From Lophium mytilinum (Eukaryota): a stretch of DNA of 64,000 nucleotides. The notes beneath the pieces are model-generated. The model saw only the letters and a list, made by a program, of their open reading frames with translations. It was not told where the DNA came from and did no database searches. This document shows positions 60,286 to 64,000 of this stretch, in pieces; within the stretch, counting starts at the first letter, position 1; every line of letters begins with the position of its first letter. The translations under genes and the position numbers were made by a program. Location of the stretch: positions 790,816-854,815 of the forward strand of contig MU004191.1 of NCBI GenBank assembly GCA_010093605.1. The letters are read 5' to 3'.

Positions 60286-62806
60286 ATGCAATACGTGCGG
60301 TCAATATCTGGCTCAGTCTCCAAGACCTGGAACTCGATCAATCCCGCAACTCTGAGCGGCGCAATCGACGTCATCGTCGTCGAGCAGGAGGATGGTATGC
60401 GATTCTCCCCCTTCGATCACCTAGGCACCAGGCTGACATGCGATATAGGATCGTTGGCGTGCTCACCCTTTCATGTCCGCTTTGGCAAGTTCTCGCTGTT
60501 GCGCACACTGGAAAAGAAGGTAGGGACTTCCTCTCGGCCCAGCCGACCCCATGCAATCACATGCTAAATCCCTCCAGGTCGAATTCAAGGTCAACGATGT
60601 GAAGGCAGACTATTCGATGAAGCTTGGAGAGGGCGGGGAGGCCTTCTTCGTTTTCGAGACCTCTGCAAACATTCCCGTTGACATGCAGACGTCGCCCTTG
60701 GTATCCCCGGCCTCGAGTCCGGAATCAAAACCACTAGAACCTCCACCCAGCCGCGGCCTACTCGAACCCGACCCTTTAGATTTGGATGCACAATTGGATG
60801 GACCACATAGTAGAGTTAGATCGCAATCTTCAGCGCCTCCGCTGGACTTGAGCTTAGACGCGCATGGCCGAGGGAGATCGGGAGACTGGGCAGGCATCTC
60901 TCCCCCCCCAACTATGGAGCGAGCAGCGACCGACGAAGTCCTTCCATCCGCCAAAGACGCTTTGCACAAAGAGTTTGACGCAAAGGAAAACGGTCCTACT
61001 CAGATTGAACCTGACATTGCGACTGCTTGGAATATCTCCGAGCGATCTAGTAGCCCACCTCCTGTATCGCCCACCGAAGCGAAATCCCGCGCCATCAAGC
61101 TTTCGAAAAAGCTACTGACATCTAACATACCAAATCGCGTCACGGACAGTGGAGACCTAATGTTAGACATGACGGGATATAAAAGCAGTGAAGAAGAATC
61201 ATTGCGCGCGGAGGTCATTGCTCGGAAGATCCTTTCCGAAGAGATTGAGGGCAACTACGATATCGGTGCGCTTATTGGGGCAGACGAAAATGGCAACTTA
61301 TGGATATACAGCAGCGAGGAGGCGAAACAGGCTGCCGGGCGGCGGGTAGCGTTGAACACCCTAAGCGAAACCGGACTCCGATCGACAGACGCAATATCGG
61401 ACCCTGGATACCACAGCGATGATGGTCGTGCTTCAGAACCCGAGTATCTTGCGTCGCATCTTCGCCGAGACTCAGATAGCGCCGTGGGACTCCTAACACC
61501 ACCTGAAAGCCCTGATCCGAACTCTTCTGGTGATCCAAATCGAAACTATGCCAAAACCCTACGCCTCACGAGCGACCAGCTTAAGTCGTTAGAGTTGAAG
61601 CCTGGCGCCAATTCTATGAGCTTCAGCGTCAATCGGGCTACATGTTCGGCTTACATGTATTACTGGAAGCATGATGTTCCCATTGTGATTTCTGACATTG
61701 ATGGCACAATCACCAAATCTGACGCCCTCGGACACGTTCTCAACATGATCGGGCGCGACTGGACACATCTCGGGGTAGCCAAGTTGTACACCGACATCGC
61801 CGCCAATGGCTATAACATCTTCTACCTCACCAGCCGCTCCGTTGGGCTGGCCGACAATACACGAGCCTACCTCAACGGTGTAGTCCAAGACGGCTACCGC
61901 CTACCCAAGGGCCCGACCATCATGAGTCCGGACCGCACAATCGCAGCTCTCCGCCGCGAGCTCTACATCCGCAAACCCGAAGTCTTCAAGATGGCCTGTC
62001 TCCGCGACATCATGAACCTCTTCGGCAAGCCTGCCGGCCAAACACCCTTCTACGCTGGTTTCGGTAACCGTCTCACAGACGCGCTCAGCTACCGCTCCGT
62101 CAATATCCCCTCAACCCGCATCTTCACCATCAACTCCAATGCCGAGGTCAGCTTGGACTTGCTTACACTCAATAAGTACAAGACTGGCTACGCGAGCATG
62201 CGTGAGATTGTGGATCACTTCTTCCCGCCTGTGGGGCTGCTTGTCCCGAACGGCGGCGAGAACTTCACCGATTTCAACTATTGGCGCGATCAGCCCTTGG
62301 ATTTAGACCAGTTCACGGATAGTGAGAGCGGTGAAGACGACGACGACGATGACGACACGGAGGCGGGTAGTATCAGAAGCGAGGACGAAGGCACGGAAGG
62401 GCTGGGAGAGGACCTCGAAGCAAGCTATTTCTCGCGCGGATCGATTGATGAGACTGGCGGGATGGAGGACTCTATCCTAGAAAGCGTTGAGGGTGATGAG
62501 ATGGAGCATTCAACGATACTAGAAGAAGACGAGGGCGGCGATGATGAGGGAGACGAAGAGGATGGCGACGAGAACGAAGATGAGGATGAGGAGGATGAGG
62601 TTGCGGCGCCCGGGGATGAGACTGACGAGATCCTGGATCGCGCGGCGGAGCGATTAGAGGCGTTGGATCTCGCGGACGAAGAGACGCCGACGCCGGGGCT
62701 GAAGGAGGACCCTATGGCTGTGTTGACTGGCTCGGCACCCGTGTCTGCGAGGGCGTCGCCGGGGAAGAAACAGGCGCGGAGGGAGGAGGTCGAGCAGGCG
62801 ATGTGA
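60286..62806 (+). CDS. PAH1: Lipin / phosphatidate phosphatase (Pah1/Ned1)
   Basis: N-LIP region [32 protein letters not shown]...[10 protein letters not shown]; catalytic [20 protein letters not shown]. Confidence 0.96.
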
Positions 62807-63286
62807 TCGACGATGAAGAGCTGTCGGATTAGCATTGTTTTCACTGCAAAAGCATCATGCGTGCAACCTCATCTCGAGTTTAGGCGCTGAAGGGAAGAGA
62901 GTAGACGGACGCAGCAGAGCCGCGGTGTACTGGACTAATGACGGGATGCGAGTTGTTTCACTATTGTAAAACTCATGATCAGGCGCTGGGGTTTGGGGCA
63001 TGGCGACGGCGTTTTTTCTTAGTTTTAGGTATCATTGATCTTGAGGCGAGGATGGGGGAGCTTCAACAGCTTTAGTGGGAGTTGGAATATCAAAGTATCC
63101 TTAAAAATGACTTCTTTGACATGCTTCGGTGAATTTAGTTTGTGGCTTTCTTGATTCCACATATCTCTCAAGCAGAAGGAGGTCCTGGTCAGATGTGGGG
63201 CCGCGCCAAGGCTCGCGAATCTTTCGAGTCAGATTCAACCTCTAATCAACGACCATCTATTTTCAACATCGGCATCAATTCTGGAT

Positions 63287-64000
63287 ATGGCGAACTCCAA
63301 GTGTGTAAAAACAGCCCGGTGTGAAGAAGTCACTTGTTAACAAATGAGTAGATATGAATACGTCCGCGCGTTCGAGCAGCCGGATGTCTTGCTGCCCAAT
63401 ACGTGGATTGTGGTGAGGATCGATGGAAGGGGGTTTCACGGGTGAGTACTTTCCAACCTCGATTATCGAAATTATGGCACATATGCCTGACATTTTCTAT
63501 TCTTGGTGGTGTTGATTTGTGCTGCCACTGGAGATAAAGGTCTTTGCTTTTTGTCTTGCCTCATGCTTTTCAATTGCTCTTTCGTTTCTAGCCCTTGGAT
63601 TTTCCGGTCCTAGTCGCATTCAATTACTTGTTGAGGCCAATTAGGCTGACGAATGGAACTCGCTTTAGGTTTACAACGAAATACAAGTTCAAGAAGCCGA
63701 ACGATGCTCGCGCATTAGAGCTCATGAACGCAGCGGCTGAGGGTGTGATGCGAGAGCTGCCGGATTTAGTGGTGGCGTATGGGGTTAGTGATGAGTTCAG
63801 GTACGTGAAATTCCCCCTAGCTCATTCCTTTACCTATACTCACATTTAAGTAGCTTTGTTTTCCACAAGGATTGCACACTGTTTGAGCGGAGGGCGAGGT
63901 ATGTAACGAGCGAACTTTCTTTCCGAAACATGGGGGTTCTTATATTATCATAGCAAGCTTACGACTACGATTGTTTCCACATTCAGCTCGTACTATGTCT
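63287..64000 (+). CDS. THG1: tRNA(His) guanylyltransferase, 5' part (runs off the window)
   Basis: Spliced [13 protein letters not shown]...[41 protein letters not shown]...[17 protein letters not shown]. Confidence 0.95.

Noticed and set aside
63442..63669. snoRNA or introner-like element in the long THG1 intron (also the ~175-nt CMC1-like intron)
   Set aside because: Longer than neighbouring introns, but no convincing C/D or H/ACA boxes or extended hairpin were visible by eye. An Infernal or BLASTn search would be needed.

Overview
Intron-rich genomic DNA of a filamentous ascomycete (probably a Dothideomycete; inferred from gene style and heavy RIP). There are four zones. (1) 1-~10.0 kb is AT/TpA-rich and RIP-degraded, containing a minus-strand Ty3/Gypsy (chromovirus-like) retrotransposon relic and a 495-bp tandem duplication. 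(2) ~10.0-14.4 kb is a junction zone with degenerate non-coding repeats, a 5'-truncated Asp-box (sialidase-like) gene and an apparently intact, intronless ~760-aa gene combining SH3-like, GIY-YIG nuclease-like and Cys6 zinc-cluster-like regions. (3) 15.3-36.7 kb is accessory. It holds a seven-gene catabolic cluster (sugar porter, two aldo-keto reductases, HSL-family esterase, Zn2Cys6 regulator, DenD-like dehydrogenase, DUF1537 four-carbon acid-sugar kinase) that resembles a fungal counterpart of the bacterial erythronate/threonate pathway. A tandem pair of large, divergent protein kinases follows: one has an unrecognised 4x ~60-aa repeat, the other a 1-bp frameshift. (4) 37.4-64 kb holds conserved core genes (SWD1, RPB1, TMA23-like, TAF9, CMC1-like, GNAT, FN3 protein, PAH1/lipin, THG1 partial), interrupted by a decayed repeat-encoding pseudogene and one orphan gene. 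All calls come from reading motifs by eye; no database searches were run.
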